Shown: piece by piece, positions 18,566 through 28,390 of the stretch | Layout of the letters: each line of letters starts with the position of its first letter | How positions within the stretch are numbered: the stretch's first letter is position 1 | Source: Chloroflexota bacterium | GTDB taxonomy: Bacteria; Chloroflexota; Chloroflexia; Thermomicrobiales; UBA6265 | DNA: 64,000 nucleotides | Assembly: GCA_023389575.1 (NCBI GenBank) | Contig: JAEWEG010000058.1 | Span: 15,764 to 79,763, forward strand | Direction: 5' to 3' | The notes under the pieces: model-generated | Database searches by the model: none | Seen by the model: only the letters and a program-made list of their open reading frames with translations | Told to the model about the DNA's origin: nothing | Position numbers and translations under genes: made by a program

Positions 18566-19986
18566 GGGAACGACCAATGACGACCTTGCGTGACCGGATC
18601 ACTCTCACCCGACGACACGTCATCGGCGGAACCGCGACGGTAGGCGCCGCCGTGGTGGCGGGAACCTCGTCGTGGACCGGCGGCGGTTCCGGCTCGCCGA
18701 TCGCGCTGGCTCAGGACGCCACGCCCGCGGCGATCGAAGACGGCTTCGTCGAACCTGCGGAGTACGCCAGCGAGGACGGACACCTTTCCGTAACCCTGCA
18801 GGCCGGGACAGACGAAACCACGACGGTCGTGAGGATGGGCTACAACGGCTCGACCCCCGGCCCCACGCTTCGCATCCGACCAGGGGACACGGTCCGGCTG
18901 GCGCTGGTCAACGCGCTTCCCGAAATGACGAACATCCACGTCCACGGGTTGCATGTGTCACCCAGCGGGAACAGCGACAACATCTTCCTGCACATCGAGC
19001 CCGGGCAAACCTTCATCTATGAATACACCATCCCCGAGGACCATCCCCCGGGCCTCTACTGGTATCACCCCCATCCACACGGTCACAGCGCGATGCAGGT
19101 GCTGAACGGTCTCGCCGGCGCGATCGTCATCGAGGGTGGTCTGGACGATCTGCCCGAACTTGCCGGTGTCCGCGAGCGATTGATGTTCCTTCAAGGGCCG
19201 CTCGCGGGCTCGGACCGATCGAGCCTGCACCTCGTGAATGGGCAGGAACGACCGACCGTCACCATCCGGCCAGGCGAAACCCAGCGGTGGCGCATCGCCA
19301 ACATGAGCGCCAACCAGTTCTACAATCTGCAGCTCGTTGGACATCAGTTCCACTGGATCGCCTCGGACGGCAATCCGCTTTCCGAAGTGGAAACAATGGA
19401 CCTCATGTTGCTTGGTCCCGGCGAGCGGGCCGAGGTGCTCGTGCAGGGTGGACCCGCGGGGATTTACGAACTGCGCTCGCTGGCGTGGGCGCCGGACATT
19501 CCGAGCCAGACGCAGGAGCAGGTGACGCTCGTCACCGTTGTGAGCGGTGGCGATCCGGTAGAGCCGATGGAGCTCCCGACGACGCTCCTTCCCATCAGGG
19601 ATCTGAGTGACGCCGAACTCAATGGGCGGCGTGAGATCACGTTCAAGGAGTCATCGACCGGCCCGGCGTTCAATATCGATGGCAAGGCGTTTGTGATGGA
19701 TCGGGTTGACCAGGTCGTCAAGCTTGATACGATCGAGGAGTGGACGCTCCGAAACGAGAGTCCGGAATGGCACCCCTTCCACATCCATGTGAACGATTAC
19801 CAGGTGCTGTCGGTCAACGGCAGCCCGGTGCGCCCACGGTGGGAGGACACGACCCTGATCCCGCCGCATGGCGAGTTCGTGATGCGAACGCACTTCAAGG
19901 ACTTCCCGGGCAGGTTCGTCTACCACTGCCACATCCTCTCGCATGAGGACGCCGGCATGATGGCCACCATCGAGGTGGTGGAGTAG
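18562..19986 (+). CDS. Tat-exported multicopper oxidase
   Basis: Copper-binding motifs HVHGLH, WYHPHPHG, HPFHIHVN and HCHILSHEDAGMM; leader LTRRHVIGGTATVGAA. Confidence 0.9.
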   Translation: MRERPMTTLRDRITLTRRHVIGGTATVGAAVVAGTSSWTGGGSGSPIALAQDATPAAIEDGFVEPAEYASEDGHLSVTLQAGTDETTTVVRMGYNGSTPGPTLRIRPGDTVRLALVNALPEMTNIHVHGLHVSPSGNSDNIFLHIEPGQTFIYEYTIPEDHPPGLYWYHPHPHGHSAMQVLNGLAGAIVIEGGLDDLPELAGVRERLMFLQGPLAGSDRSSLHLVNGQERPTVTIRPGETQRWRIANMSANQFYNLQLVGHQFHWIASDGNPLSEVETMDLMLLGPGERAEVLVQGGPAGIYELRSLAWAPDIPSQTQEQVTLVTVVSGGDPVEPMELPTTLLPIRDLSDAELNGRREITFKESSTGPAFNIDGKAFVMDRVDQVVKLDTIEEWTLRNESPEWHPFHIHVNDYQVLSVNGSPVRPRWEDTTLIPPHGEFVMRTHFKDFPGRFVYHCHILSHEDAGMMATIEVVE

Positions 19987-20133
19987 CGGTCGGATCAATC
20001 TCCGCGTCGGCACCGAGTGTCCAGGAGAACAGGAGGCCGGGATCGCGTGGTGCGGTCCCAGCGTAAAGGCTGCTCGCGGCGTCCACTTTGCCGGGTGATC
20101 GGACTCGTTTACCGCTGAAAGCGCGGAAACCGG

Positions 20134-20787
20134 CTAGGATGGCCCGGTTTCGAGCTTGCGCGAACGTGATCGATTCACCATCTCGCCAATGAGCCATGTG
20201 CCGGCCGCCATCGCCAGCACCAACCCGAAGGCGATGAGGCCGCTTTCCATGCTGGTGGCCAGAGCTCCGGTGAACGCGTACAGGAGGGCGGCTGGCAGGG
20301 AACCGATGATCGCACCAATCAGGACCACCCACCAGCGCATCGCCGATATGCCCGCCATGATCGCGGTGGTCTCGGCGAGGAGCGGCACTGGACGGGTAAC
20401 GATGATCGCCAGCAATCCCCAGCGGTGCACGAGGGTGTTCGCTTCGCGGCGATCGTCTTCGGAGACGTCCCGGACCAGGAACTGGCCGCCGCGCCGCCCG
20501 AGCATGTAGCCGACCATCGTCGCGCCGGTGCTTCCCAGCAGGGACAAGCCCGTACCAACCGTCAGCCCAAACAGGGCGCCATGGGCGATCATCACGAGGC
20601 TCGACGGCACGGGCAGGACAACGTCGACCAGAAGCAGTCCAACCCCAACGAGGGCGGCGGCGACTCCACCCCGATCCAGCCACGGCGTTGGGTCGGTCAA
20701 CGGCCCCAGGTCCAGTGACTCCGCGATCAGGAAGAGCGCGAGCAGGACGCCGAGAATGACCACGAAGACAATGGCGAACCGTCTCAT
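20134..20787 (-). CDS. DedA / TVP38-TMEM64 family membrane protein
   Basis: Polytopic membrane protein; start MRRFAIVFVV inside ORF 20134..20958. Confidence 0.6.
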   Translation of the reverse strand: MRRFAIVFVVILGVLLALFLIAESLDLGPLTDPTPWLDRGGVAAALVGVGLLLVDVVLPVPSSLVMIAHGALFGLTVGTGLSLLGSTGATMVGYMLGRRGGQFLVRDVSEDDRREANTLVHRWGLLAIIVTRPVPLLAETTAIMAGISAMRWWVVLIGAIIGSLPAALLYAFTGALATSMESGLIAFGLVLAMAAGTWLIGEMVNRSRSRKLETGPS

Positions 20788-20992
20788 GTTGGATACATTC
20801 CTGGTGACGGCGATCCAGATACCATGGTGTTCAAGGGCATTCTCTCCGAGGTGAAATGAACGTCGCCGGTCGCGCGCTCCGTCACCGGGTTGGACATGTG
20901 AGGCTCGGCCGCCGAGTGAACCGTTTCGGCTAGGGCCTCCGGTGTAGCTTAGGGCCAAACCCGTTGATGGGGAGCACGGACACGAGCGCTTT

Positions 20993-21655
20993 TTGATCCA
21001 ATCCGGGGCAGAAGGGGAACGAGCGCGAGCTGTGCACCTAGACTATGGGGACGATCGAAGGGGTGAAGAGAGCCCTCGCATGAGGTTACGCGGATTGGAC
21101 TTGACGGAATCTCTCCATGACCTGGCAATCCAGAATGTTTACGGTATTTCGTTCCTGGTGGCCTATGGCCTGACCTGGATCGCGACCGGTCTCCTGTGGA
21201 CGCGGCTGGGGTCGAGGAGCGCCGCGTTCTGCACGCTGTTCCAGGGGATGATTGCGTTGCCGATCGCGCTGGGGATGTCGTTCGCGATAGGGGCGTTCGG
21301 TCAGGAGCGGCCGGTGGATGCCTCCATCACGGAGTTATCGGTCTACATCGCCATGTCGCAGCTGCTTGGGTTGCCCGCGCTGATCTTCCTGATCGTTCGC
21401 GAAATGTACTCTTTGACGCCCTATGTGTTCGCCGTCATATGCTCGATGCATTTCATGCTGTACACATGGCTGTATCAGACGCCCGTGTATGTCGTGATGG
21501 CGGTCGCGATCTCGGTTGGGACAACGGTCGTCATGCTGGCTGGTCGAGAGGCGAGCAAGGAACAACTCGCCTCACGTGTGAGCGTTTTCACTGGGGCGAC
21601 CATGCTTGTGACTTCGCTGATCCTCCTTGCCGTGTATTTCGCCGAGCGCGGGTGA
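20993..21655 (+). CDS. Hypothetical integral membrane protein
   Basis: Several hydrophobic helices; start uncertain. Confidence 0.45.
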   Translation: MIQSGAEGERARAVHLDYGDDRRGEESPRMRLRGLDLTESLHDLAIQNVYGISFLVAYGLTWIATGLLWTRLGSRSAAFCTLFQGMIALPIALGMSFAIGAFGQERPVDASITELSVYIAMSQLLGLPALIFLIVREMYSLTPYVFAVICSMHFMLYTWLYQTPVYVVMAVAISVGTTVVMLAGREASKEQLASRVSVFTGATMLVTSLILLAVYFAERG

Positions 21656-21745
21656 TGCATGTGCCACTCAGCCGAATGCGATCAGGCGGTGTCCTGCATG
21701 GGTTCCGTTCCGGAAGCGTGAAATCTGGAACAATACTGGCGGACT

Positions 21746-22321
21746 ATGGTTCGCGAGTTGTGTGAACGGTTTGAGGACCCAATGACATCGATGGATTCAA
21801 GACGACTCGAACGAACCGGGACGGTGGTGCTGCTGGCGGCCACGATTCTGGTGGCGATCTCCATTCTGCTGGACGGCACGCCGGCGAGGCTCTTCAACGG
21901 GCTGGCTGGCGTCACCTGGTTCTCGGCGACGGCTCTGCTTGCGATAGCCGGCTGGAGGGCCTCGCGACGGCAATCGCTCTGGCTGGCACTGATCGCTCTC
22001 ACCGCGGTTGTCGCGTTCGTGGTGAAGCCGACGGACATGCTGCTGGCGGTCGTCGGATTTGCGCCGGCCGGGTTCGTGATCGGCATGCTCGCCAGGGATG
22101 GGCGGGTTCTATGGGGAACGCTGGTGGCGGGACTGTACCTGCCATTCCACATCGGAACGGCCGTGCTCAAGGCGGTGGGGCGGAGCCTGACCGGTGGCGA
22201 GGCATCCATTCGTTCCGAGCCGCCGCCCACCGCGGCCGTCGTGCCACTGGTGATGTTGCTGGCGGCAATGGCCGGAGCGGCGCTGGCGAGCTACATCATC
22301 TCGCGGAACAACGCCGGCTAG
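21746..22321 (+). CDS. Hypothetical integral membrane protein
   Basis: Five to six hydrophobic helices. Confidence 0.45.
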   Translation: MVRELCERFEDPMTSMDSRRLERTGTVVLLAATILVAISILLDGTPARLFNGLAGVTWFSATALLAIAGWRASRRQSLWLALIALTAVVAFVVKPTDMLLAVVGFAPAGFVIGMLARDGRVLWGTLVAGLYLPFHIGTAVLKAVGRSLTGGEASIRSEPPPTAAVVPLVMLLAAMAGAALASYIISRNNAG

Positions 22322-22373
22322 CCGACCTCGACGGGTGACCTGGCCGAATCTCGAAGATAGGGAAGATGGCACG

Positions 22374-22404
22374 AAAAAACGGCGGATCGTTCGATCCGCC
22401 GTTT
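22374..22404. terminator. Bidirectional hairpin terminator
   Basis: aaaaaacggcggatcg-tt-cgatccgccgttt between the convergent membrane-protein gene and tRNA-His. Confidence 0.7.
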
Positions 22405-22416
22405 CTCATTTCGTCG

Positions 22417-22493
22417 TGGGGTGCCTTACGGGGCTCGAACCCGTCACCTCCGGTTCCACAGACCAGCGCTCTGCCGAATGAGCTAAAGGCACC
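22417..22493 (-). tRNA. tRNA-His, anticodon GTG (with encoded G-1 and CCA)
   Basis: Reverse complement GGTGCCTTTAGCTCA...CTGGTCTGTGGAACCGG...GGTTCGAGCCCCGTAAGGCACCCCA. Confidence 0.9.
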
Positions 22494-22504
22494 ATATGCG
22501 ATCA

Positions 22505-22848
22505 CATGCAGGAAAAGGAGTAAGCCGAGTTCTGTTCGTGATGGCCATCTCTCTCAACCGATGCGGTTGGCCACGTCGTCGCCTTCGTGGCGGCTCTCGA
22601 CTTCCGGCCTTGGCGAGCAACCTGCTAGCGGCCGAATCGGAGATTGCTGCGGGGAGGATTGCCCTTTTCAGCCCACGTGGCCTGAGCCAGCGGGAATGGT
22701 TTCTGTTGCTCTCACGCCTTGCGGCGTGCCTGTGCGGACTGTCAACGCGCGAACGCGTTTCCCCGGCTTTCACCGGGCACCCTTGCTCTTCGCAGCTCGG
22801 ACTTTCCTCTAATCCACTAGGGATCAGCGGCCATCCTCTTCTCGCCGC
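22505..22848 (-). ncRNA. rnpB: RNase P RNA, bacterial type A
   Basis: The reverse complement contains AGAGGAAAGTCCGAGC, AGAGCAACAGAAACC and ACGAACAGAACTCGGCTTA. P1 pairing is GCGAGAAGAGGA / TCCTTTTCCTGC. Ends are approximate (+/-5 nt). Confidence 0.9.
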
Positions 22849-22908
22849 ATGTGAGTATTCGCATTTGAAACGTGCGAGGACCAGTATCCATTCTCAGGAA
22901 TCCAGCCC

Positions 22909-22994
22909 GGTGCCGAGGGGGAGATTCGAACTCCCACGGGGTTACCCCCACTACGCCCTGAACGTAGCGCGTCTGCCTGTTCCGCCACATCGGC
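22909..22994 (-). tRNA. tRNA-Leu, anticodon CAG (long variable arm)
   Basis: GCCGATGTGGCGGAAC...CTACGTTCAGGGCGTAG...TGGGGGTAACCCCGT...GGGAGTTCGAATCTCCC. One U-C mismatch in the acceptor stem; CCA not fully encoded. Confidence 0.85.
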
Positions 22995-23018
22995 CTATTC
23001 TTGTGTGCCTGCCCGCGC

Positions 23019-23093
23019 GGAGCCGACCTGCGGACTCGAACCGCAGACCTGCTGTTTACGAAACAGCTGCTCTACCAACTGAGCTAGGCCGGC
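23019..23093 (-). tRNA. tRNA-Thr, anticodon CGT
   Basis: GCCGGCCTAGCTCAGTTGGTAGAGCAGCTGTTTCGTAAACAGCAGGTCTGCGGTTCGAGTCCGCAGGTCGGCT. Confidence 0.9.
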
Positions 23094-23116
23094 ACACGCT
23101 CTCGCAGAGCGAACGA

Positions 23117-23146
23117 AGTATATCAGGTGCCCACGCCGAGGCGCAA
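23117..23146 (-). promoter_or_regulatory. Putative sigma-70-type promoter of the tRNA/rnpB cluster
   Basis: Minus strand TTGCGC-18 nt-TATACT about 25 nt upstream of tRNA-Thr. Same architecture as the tRNA-Gly promoter at 55911. Confidence 0.45.
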
Positions 23147-23254
23147 CGCGTTTGGGGCCGGGAAAATCTGGTATCGTTTCGGCGCTAGAGCGCTCGGCGA
23201 CCGCCCCCGGTCGCTCCATGCCAGGGATGAGACATTCATGAACTCGGGGACTCC

Positions 23255-23932
23255 ATGAGCACGTCGCGGCGATCATCCAAACGGCGCCCGCCTCGCGATC
23301 AGGGGCCGCTGTCGCACCTCTCCCGCGGCCAGGCGATTTTCGGCATCGTCACGATGCTGGTGATCTGTTCCATGATCGGTGGCGTGTTCGTTGGCCTGAC
23401 CTTCACCGATATCTTCGGAGACCTCTTCTCGGACAATGGAAACGAGGAGAACTTTCCGGACCCCAACAGCGACATCGTCGCCGCCCAGGAAACCGTGGTC
23501 GCCAACAACCCAGACGATCTGGAAGACGTGCTGCTGCTGGCGTCGCTGCTGGCCAACACCGGTCGGCTGGGGGATGCGATTCCTCACTATGAGCACGCGC
23601 TGGAACTGGCGCCAGACGACGTGGACGCCCGGTTGAGCTTCGCCCGCGCGCTTGCCGATGGTGACATGCGGGCCGATGCCGAGCTTCAGTTCAACAAGGT
23701 CCTGGAAATCGACCCAGACAACCAGCAGGCGCACTATTACCTCGCGGAGTTGTACATGGCCTGGGAACCGGTGCGAACCGAGGAGGCCATTCCGCACTAC
23801 CAGCGAACGGTCGAAATCGACCCGACGACGCTGATCGGCGAGCGGTCCCAAACCCAGCTGGACACGCTGGGAGCCACCATGCCCAGCACCAGCCCGGCCG
23901 CGAGCCCCATCGCGTCGACTCCCGCCACGTGA
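23255..23932 (+). CDS. Membrane-anchored TPR-repeat protein
   Basis: N-terminal TM helix, then TPR-like repeats (AIPHYEHALELAPDDVDARLSFARALA...). Confidence 0.6.
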   Translation: MSTSRRSSKRRPPRDQGPLSHLSRGQAIFGIVTMLVICSMIGGVFVGLTFTDIFGDLFSDNGNEENFPDPNSDIVAAQETVVANNPDDLEDVLLLASLLANTGRLGDAIPHYEHALELAPDDVDARLSFARALADGDMRADAELQFNKVLEIDPDNQQAHYYLAELYMAWEPVRTEEAIPHYQRTVEIDPTTLIGERSQTQLDTLGATMPSTSPAASPIASTPAT

Positions 23933-24006
23933 GATAGACCAAGATTACCGGTCGACCGGGCCAAATGGACTGCGAACAAACGTTCTGACTGCGATATACT
24001 GGGACC

Positions 24007-25098
24007 ATGTACGACGGACAACGGCCGCCCGGCCAAGCGGGCACCCGCCCGGACAATCCGGAAACCAGCAGACTGATGACGCCGGCGCAGCGTGAGGAGG
24101 ATGTCGCCGAGAAATCGTTGCGTCCCCGGAGGCTGGACGAATACATCGGCCAGGATCGGGTGAAGACGAATCTCAGCATCTTCATCCAGGCGGCGCTTGC
24201 GCGGGAAGAGGCGCTGGACCACATCCTCCTGTATGGCCCACCGGGGCTCGGAAAGACGACGCTGGCGAGCATCATCGCGGCGGAGCTTGGGGTGAACCTG
24301 CGGGTCACCTCGGGACCGGCGATCGAACGCCAGGGCGACCTGGTCTCGATCCTCACGAACCTCAAACCCGGTGATGTGCTGTTCATCGACGAGATTCACC
24401 GCCTGAACCGGGTGGTCGAGGAAGTGCTCTACTCGGCGATGGAGGATTACGCGGTCGACATCATTATCGGCAAGGGGCCGGCTGCCCGGACCATGCGCAT
24501 CAACCTGCCGCGGTTCACGCTGGTGGGCGCGACCACCCGCCTGGCGCTGCTGACAGGTCCACTGCGCGATCGATTCGGAGCGGTGCTGCGGCTCGATTTC
24601 TACGACCACGAGGCGATGGACCAGATCGTGAGGCGATCGGCGTCCATCCTGGGCGTGGAACTCGAGGATTCCGGTGCGTGGATGCTGGCCGGACGGGCAA
24701 GAGGGACACCGCGTATCGCGAACCGGCTGCTGAGGCGCGTGCGCGACGTCGCCCAGGTGGCTGGTGCTTCTGTCGTGACGGACGAAATCGCCGACGAGGC
24801 GCTGGGGCTCCTGGAAGTCGACACGCTCGGACTGGATGAGACCGACCGTCGGATCCTGGTCGCGCTCATCGAGAAGTTCGATGGCGGACCGGTCGGGATT
24901 GATACCCTCGCCGCGGCCACCAGCGAGGAGACCGACACCATCATGGATGTGTACGAGCCCTACCTGATCCAGCTTGGGTTCCTGCAACGCACACCGCGAG
25001 GCCGATTGGCGACCCGGAGGGCGTATGAGCACCTTGGCCTGCGGTATCCAGCGGAGCGGGCCGGAGCCCAGGCATCGCTGTTCGAGGAAGAGGCGTGA
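24007..25098 (+). CDS. ruvB: Holliday junction branch migration helicase RuvB
   Basis: [16 protein letters not shown]...[14 protein letters not shown]...FIDEIHRL. Confidence 0.95.
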   Translation: MYDGQRPPGQAGTRPDNPETSRLMTPAQREEDVAEKSLRPRRLDEYIGQDRVKTNLSIFIQAALAREEALDHILLYGPPGLGKTTLASIIAAELGVNLRVTSGPAIERQGDLVSILTNLKPGDVLFIDEIHRLNRVVEEVLYSAMEDYAVDIIIGKGPAARTMRINLPRFTLVGATTRLALLTGPLRDRFGAVLRLDFYDHEAMDQIVRRSASILGVELEDSGAWMLAGRARGTPRIANRLLRRVRDVAQVAGASVVTDEIADEALGLLEVDTLGLDETDRRILVALIEKFDGGPVGIDTLAAATSEETDTIMDVYEPYLIQLGFLQRTPRGRLATRRAYEHLGLRYPAERAGAQASLFEEEA

Positions 25099-26156
25099 CG
25101 GAATCCAATCGCGACAGGCTGGCGATGTCGGACTTCGATTACGAGCTTCCCGAGGAATTGATCGCACAGGTTCCGCTCGCCGATCGAACCGCGAGCCGCC
25201 TGCTTGTCCTGAATCGCTCGAACAAGTCCATTTCCCACGAGTCGTTTCGCTCGCTACACTCGCATCTCAACCCCGGCGACCTCCTGGTGGTCAATGACAG
25301 CCGCGTGCTTCCAGCCAGGGTGATTGGGCGGCGCTCGACCGGCGGCGAGGTGGAGTTCCTGCTGCTGAGCGAGGTTTCTCCCCGTCAATGGCGCTGTCTC
25401 ATGCGGCCGGCCCGGAAGTTGAAAATTGGGGAACGAATCGAGGTCGAACGGCGCGAGGGTTCGACCGAGGCCTCGCTCATCACAGTGATTGAAAAGGAAG
25501 ACGAGGGACAAGGCATCGTCGAATTGGCCCCAGATCTTGCGGAGAATCTGGGCTCGTTCGGGCGCGTGCCACTCCCACCATATATCCACGCCCACCTCGA
25601 GGACGATGAGCGATACCAAACGGTCTACTCACGTGTACGGGGCTCCGCCGCGGCTCCGACGGCCGGCCTGCATTTCACACAGGAGGCTCTGGCCCAACTT
25701 CAGGCGGCGGGCGTGGGACTGGCGGCCGTCACGCTCCATGTGGGGCTCGACACGTTCCGCCCGGTCACCGTGGACTACGCGGAAGACCACCGGATTCACA
25801 GCGAATGGTGCTCGGTGGACGAGGACGCCGCGCGGGCGATCGCGGACACCAGGGCCGCCGGCGGGAGAGTGATCGCGGTGGGGACCACGGCCGCTCGAAC
25901 GCTGGAATCCTACGCTCGACAGCCAGAGGCGGAGGCAGGTGAACCATTCTCCGGGATGACCGATATCTACATCACGCCCGGCTACAAATGGCGTCTGGTG
26001 GACGCCATGGTCACCAACTTCCACTTGCCGAAATCGACGTTACTGTTGATGCTGAGTTCGTTCGCCGGGAAGGACCTGCTGTTCGAAGCGTACCGCCAGG
26101 CAATCGAGCAACGCTACCGGTTCTTTTCGTTTGGTGACGCGATGTTCGTGTATTGA
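25095..26156 (+). CDS. queA: S-adenosylmethionine:tRNA ribosyltransferase-isomerase
   Basis: [17 protein letters not shown]...PLPPYI...TAGLHFT...VGTT; overlaps the ruvB stop. Confidence 0.95.
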   Translation: MTESNRDRLAMSDFDYELPEELIAQVPLADRTASRLLVLNRSNKSISHESFRSLHSHLNPGDLLVVNDSRVLPARVIGRRSTGGEVEFLLLSEVSPRQWRCLMRPARKLKIGERIEVERREGSTEASLITVIEKEDEGQGIVELAPDLAENLGSFGRVPLPPYIHAHLEDDERYQTVYSRVRGSAAAPTAGLHFTQEALAQLQAAGVGLAAVTLHVGLDTFRPVTVDYAEDHRIHSEWCSVDEDAARAIADTRAAGGRVIAVGTTAARTLESYARQPEAEAGEPFSGMTDIYITPGYKWRLVDAMVTNFHLPKSTLLLMLSSFAGKDLLFEAYRQAIEQRYRFFSFGDAMFVY

Positions 26157-26791
26157 CGTTGATGAAGCGAAGAGAAGAAAAGAGGCAAGCGTTGGTCGCT
26201 TATCCAGACTTGAACGGCAAAACTCGCGAGGATGCCTGGGCGCTCCTGAATGAGTGGGTCACGAGCCCTAGCCTGATCCGTCACTGCCTGGCCGTGGAGA
26301 CGGCGATGCGTGCTTACGCGGAGAAGCACGGCGAGGACGTCGAGGCGTGGGGACTGGTCGGCCTGATCCACGATTTCGACTTCGAGCGGCACCCAACTCT
26401 GGAGGAGCACCCGTTCGTTGGAGCGAAGGTGCTTGACGGGCTCGGCTATCCTCAATGGGTGGTCGACGCGGTGCTTAGCCATTCCGACGATCCCGCCTAT
26501 CCGCGGGAAACGGACCTGGAAAAGACACTGTTCGCGGTCGACGAACTGACCGGATTCATTTCGGCGGTGGCGCTGGTGCGGCCCTCGAAGGCCGTGGCGG
26601 ACGTCAAGCCGTCGTCGGTCAGGAAGAAGATGAAGGACCGCCGATTCGCGGAGGCCGTGCGACGCGAAGACCTAGTCGAAGGCGCGGAGGCCCTTGGTAT
26701 CCCGCTCGACGATCACATAGCATTCGTTGTGGATGCGATGGCCGCCAATGCGGATGCGTTGGGGCTGGCCGGGGTTGAAGCCCCGGTGTAG
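26153..26791 (+). CDS. HD-domain phosphohydrolase
   Basis: H...HD motif (GLIHDFDFERH); overlaps the queA stop. Confidence 0.7.
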   Translation: MTLMKRREEKRQALVAYPDLNGKTREDAWALLNEWVTSPSLIRHCLAVETAMRAYAEKHGEDVEAWGLVGLIHDFDFERHPTLEEHPFVGAKVLDGLGYPQWVVDAVLSHSDDPAYPRETDLEKTLFAVDELTGFISAVALVRPSKAVADVKPSSVRKKMKDRRFAEAVRREDLVEGAEALGIPLDDHIAFVVDAMAANADALGLAGVEAPV

Positions 26792-26838
26792 CGCGATCCC
26801 GCGCTCAAATGGCGACATAGCCAGAAAGGTCAATTGAT

Positions 26839-27366
26839 TTGGCTCAGAACTACGGTAAACCATTCGACATGCAGCTCGAAGAGGGCAAGACCTATACCGC
26901 GACCCTCGAAACCAACCACGGTTCGATGGACGTGGAGTTCTACCCGGAAGACGCCCCGAACACGGTGAACAACTTCGTGAGCCTCGCCAAGGATGGCTAC
27001 TACGATGGAACGCCGTTCCACCGGGTCATCAAAGGCTTCATGATCCAGGGCGGGGATCCGACCGGAAGCGGCATGGGCGGGCCTGGCTACAAGTTCGCCG
27101 ATGAAACCGTGAAGAAGGACTACGAGCCGGGCACGCTGGCCATGGCCAACGCCGGACCGAACACCAACGGCAGCCAGTTCTTCATCTGCCACGCCGACCT
27201 CAAGGGACGGCTGCCGAAGAACTACACGATCTTCGGCAAGGTGACGAAGGGCCAGGAGACGGTCGACGCCATCGCCAACGTGCAGGTGAAGATGAGCCCC
27301 AGCGGCGAGCCGTCCTCGCCGGTCGAGCCGGTCGTGCTGCAGAAGGTCACCATCAACGAGGCCTAA
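26839..27366 (+). CDS. ppiB: Peptidyl-prolyl cis-trans isomerase, cyclophilin type
   Basis: FHRVIKGFMIQGGDP...GTLAMANAGPNTNGSQFFI. Confidence 0.9.
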   Translation: MAQNYGKPFDMQLEEGKTYTATLETNHGSMDVEFYPEDAPNTVNNFVSLAKDGYYDGTPFHRVIKGFMIQGGDPTGSGMGGPGYKFADETVKKDYEPGTLAMANAGPNTNGSQFFICHADLKGRLPKNYTIFGKVTKGQETVDAIANVQVKMSPSGEPSSPVEPVVLQKVTINEA

Positions 27367-27387
27367 TACAGGGCGACACAAAGCAAG

Positions 27388-27426
27388 AAACCCCGCTGGC
27401 GCTTCATTGGGCCAGCGGGGTTTTTC
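27388..27426 (+). terminator. Rho-independent terminator
   Basis: aaaccccgctggc...gccagcggggttttt. Confidence 0.8.
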
Positions 27427-27450
27427 GCGTTCGCATTGACGTGATCGGGA

Positions 27451-27678
27451 TCATGCGGCTTCGAGCAGCGGATCGGACGCTTCCTCATACTGGTGGAGGA
27501 GGTCGATCCAGAACGCTTCCCAGGCGGTCACGTCCTCGCCGCGGGCGAGAGCCTGTTCGATGCGTTCATAACCATCGTTGAGGCGCTGCTCCAGGCTCCC
27601 GAGCCGGGTCGTCTCCCGTTCGCGCCGGGTGGAGCGAGCGCGAACGACCCTGAAATCAGCGTTCGGGTTTCCGTCCAT
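27451..27678 (-). CDS. Hypothetical small protein
   Basis: 75-aa charged helical ORF immediately downstream of the Rad52-like gene. Confidence 0.4.
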   Translation of the reverse strand: MDGNPNADFRVVRARSTRRERETTRLGSLEQRLNDGYERIEQALARGEDVTAWEAFWIDLLHQYEEASDPLLEAA

Positions 27679-27710
27679 CAGTTATTCCCTCCAAACGCCT
27701 GGCCGCTGGC

Positions 27711-28325
27711 CTAGGCTGGCTGCTTGGACCGCATCAGCTGGCGTTCCTTGAGCAGTTCGATCACCGTGGATGCATTCTTTCGCGAGATGGCGTCAATCGA
27801 GCCGCCGGTCTGTTCGCGGGCGAGATCGTCGAGCGCCTTGCTGTTGAGCTTGAGGTCCCGTGCGAGCGCCTGGATCAGGCCACGCTGGCGATCGGTGGCG
27901 GCGAGATCCGCGCCGGCCTGCGAGCGATCGAACTGACCCTCGGTCACATTCGTGGCCTTGAACTTCACGGGCGAGTCGACTACACGGCCATTAGCCGCAC
28001 CGAAGTCGAAGTCAGTACAGAACTGGGTGCCAAAGCCAAGCGCGGCGAGCGCGCGGCCAATGGCCTTCGTCTCGGCCTTTTCAAGGTAATCACCGAAGCC
28101 GCGAGCATCCTCGCTGCCCCAGCCAGTGGCGGAACCGCCGTCGGGAATGGAGACCATCGCCCGGAACACCGCTTCGTTGTCGTGGTGCGACACGAGTTCG
28201 GTTTCAATCACGGCATTCGGATGCTCGTTGCGAAGCCAGACCAGGCGCCATTTGACTTCGAGGTATTCCTTGCCGCTTACCAGCGTAAGGTGTCGTGCGG
28301 GATCGAACTGGGTTGAAGCTGACAT
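27711..28325 (-). CDS. Rad52/Sak/DdrA-like single-strand annealing protein (putative)
   Basis: 204 aa from the internal ATG (MSASTQF...). YLEVKWRLVWLRNEHP...ATGWGSE...EKAETKAIGRALAALGFG matches the Rad52-family pattern (K-A-x-S/T-D/K-A-x-K/G-R-A...FGIG) recalled from Sak and DdrA. Confidence 0.5.
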   Translation of the reverse strand: MSASTQFDPARHLTLVSGKEYLEVKWRLVWLRNEHPNAVIETELVSHHDNEAVFRAMVSIPDGGSATGWGSEDARGFGDYLEKAETKAIGRALAALGFGTQFCTDFDFGAANGRVVDSPVKFKATNVTEGQFDRSQAGADLAATDRQRGLIQALARDLKLNSKALDDLAREQTGGSIDAISRKNASTVIELLKERQLMRSKQPA

Positions 28326-28341
28326 CGAAGAGCCTTTCTTG

Positions 28342-28379
28342 CGAACGTTTGTTCTGAATTGATTATAGAACACATGATC
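28342..28379. promoter_or_regulatory. Candidate LexA (SOS, Cheo-type) boxes
   Basis: CGAACGTTTGTTCT (28342..28355; GAAC-N4-GTTC) and GAACACATGATC (28368..28379, one mismatch). They overlap the -10/+1 region of the promoter below. Confidence 0.55.
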
Positions 28380-28390
28380 TACTCGCGCAA
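28362..28390 (-). promoter_or_regulatory. Putative promoter of the Rad52-like gene
   Basis: Minus strand TTGCGC-17 nt-TATAAT. Confidence 0.5.

Noticed and set aside
17411-18577. 388-aa minus-strand ORF.
   Set aside because: It is antisense to the beta-propeller gene and has no motifs.
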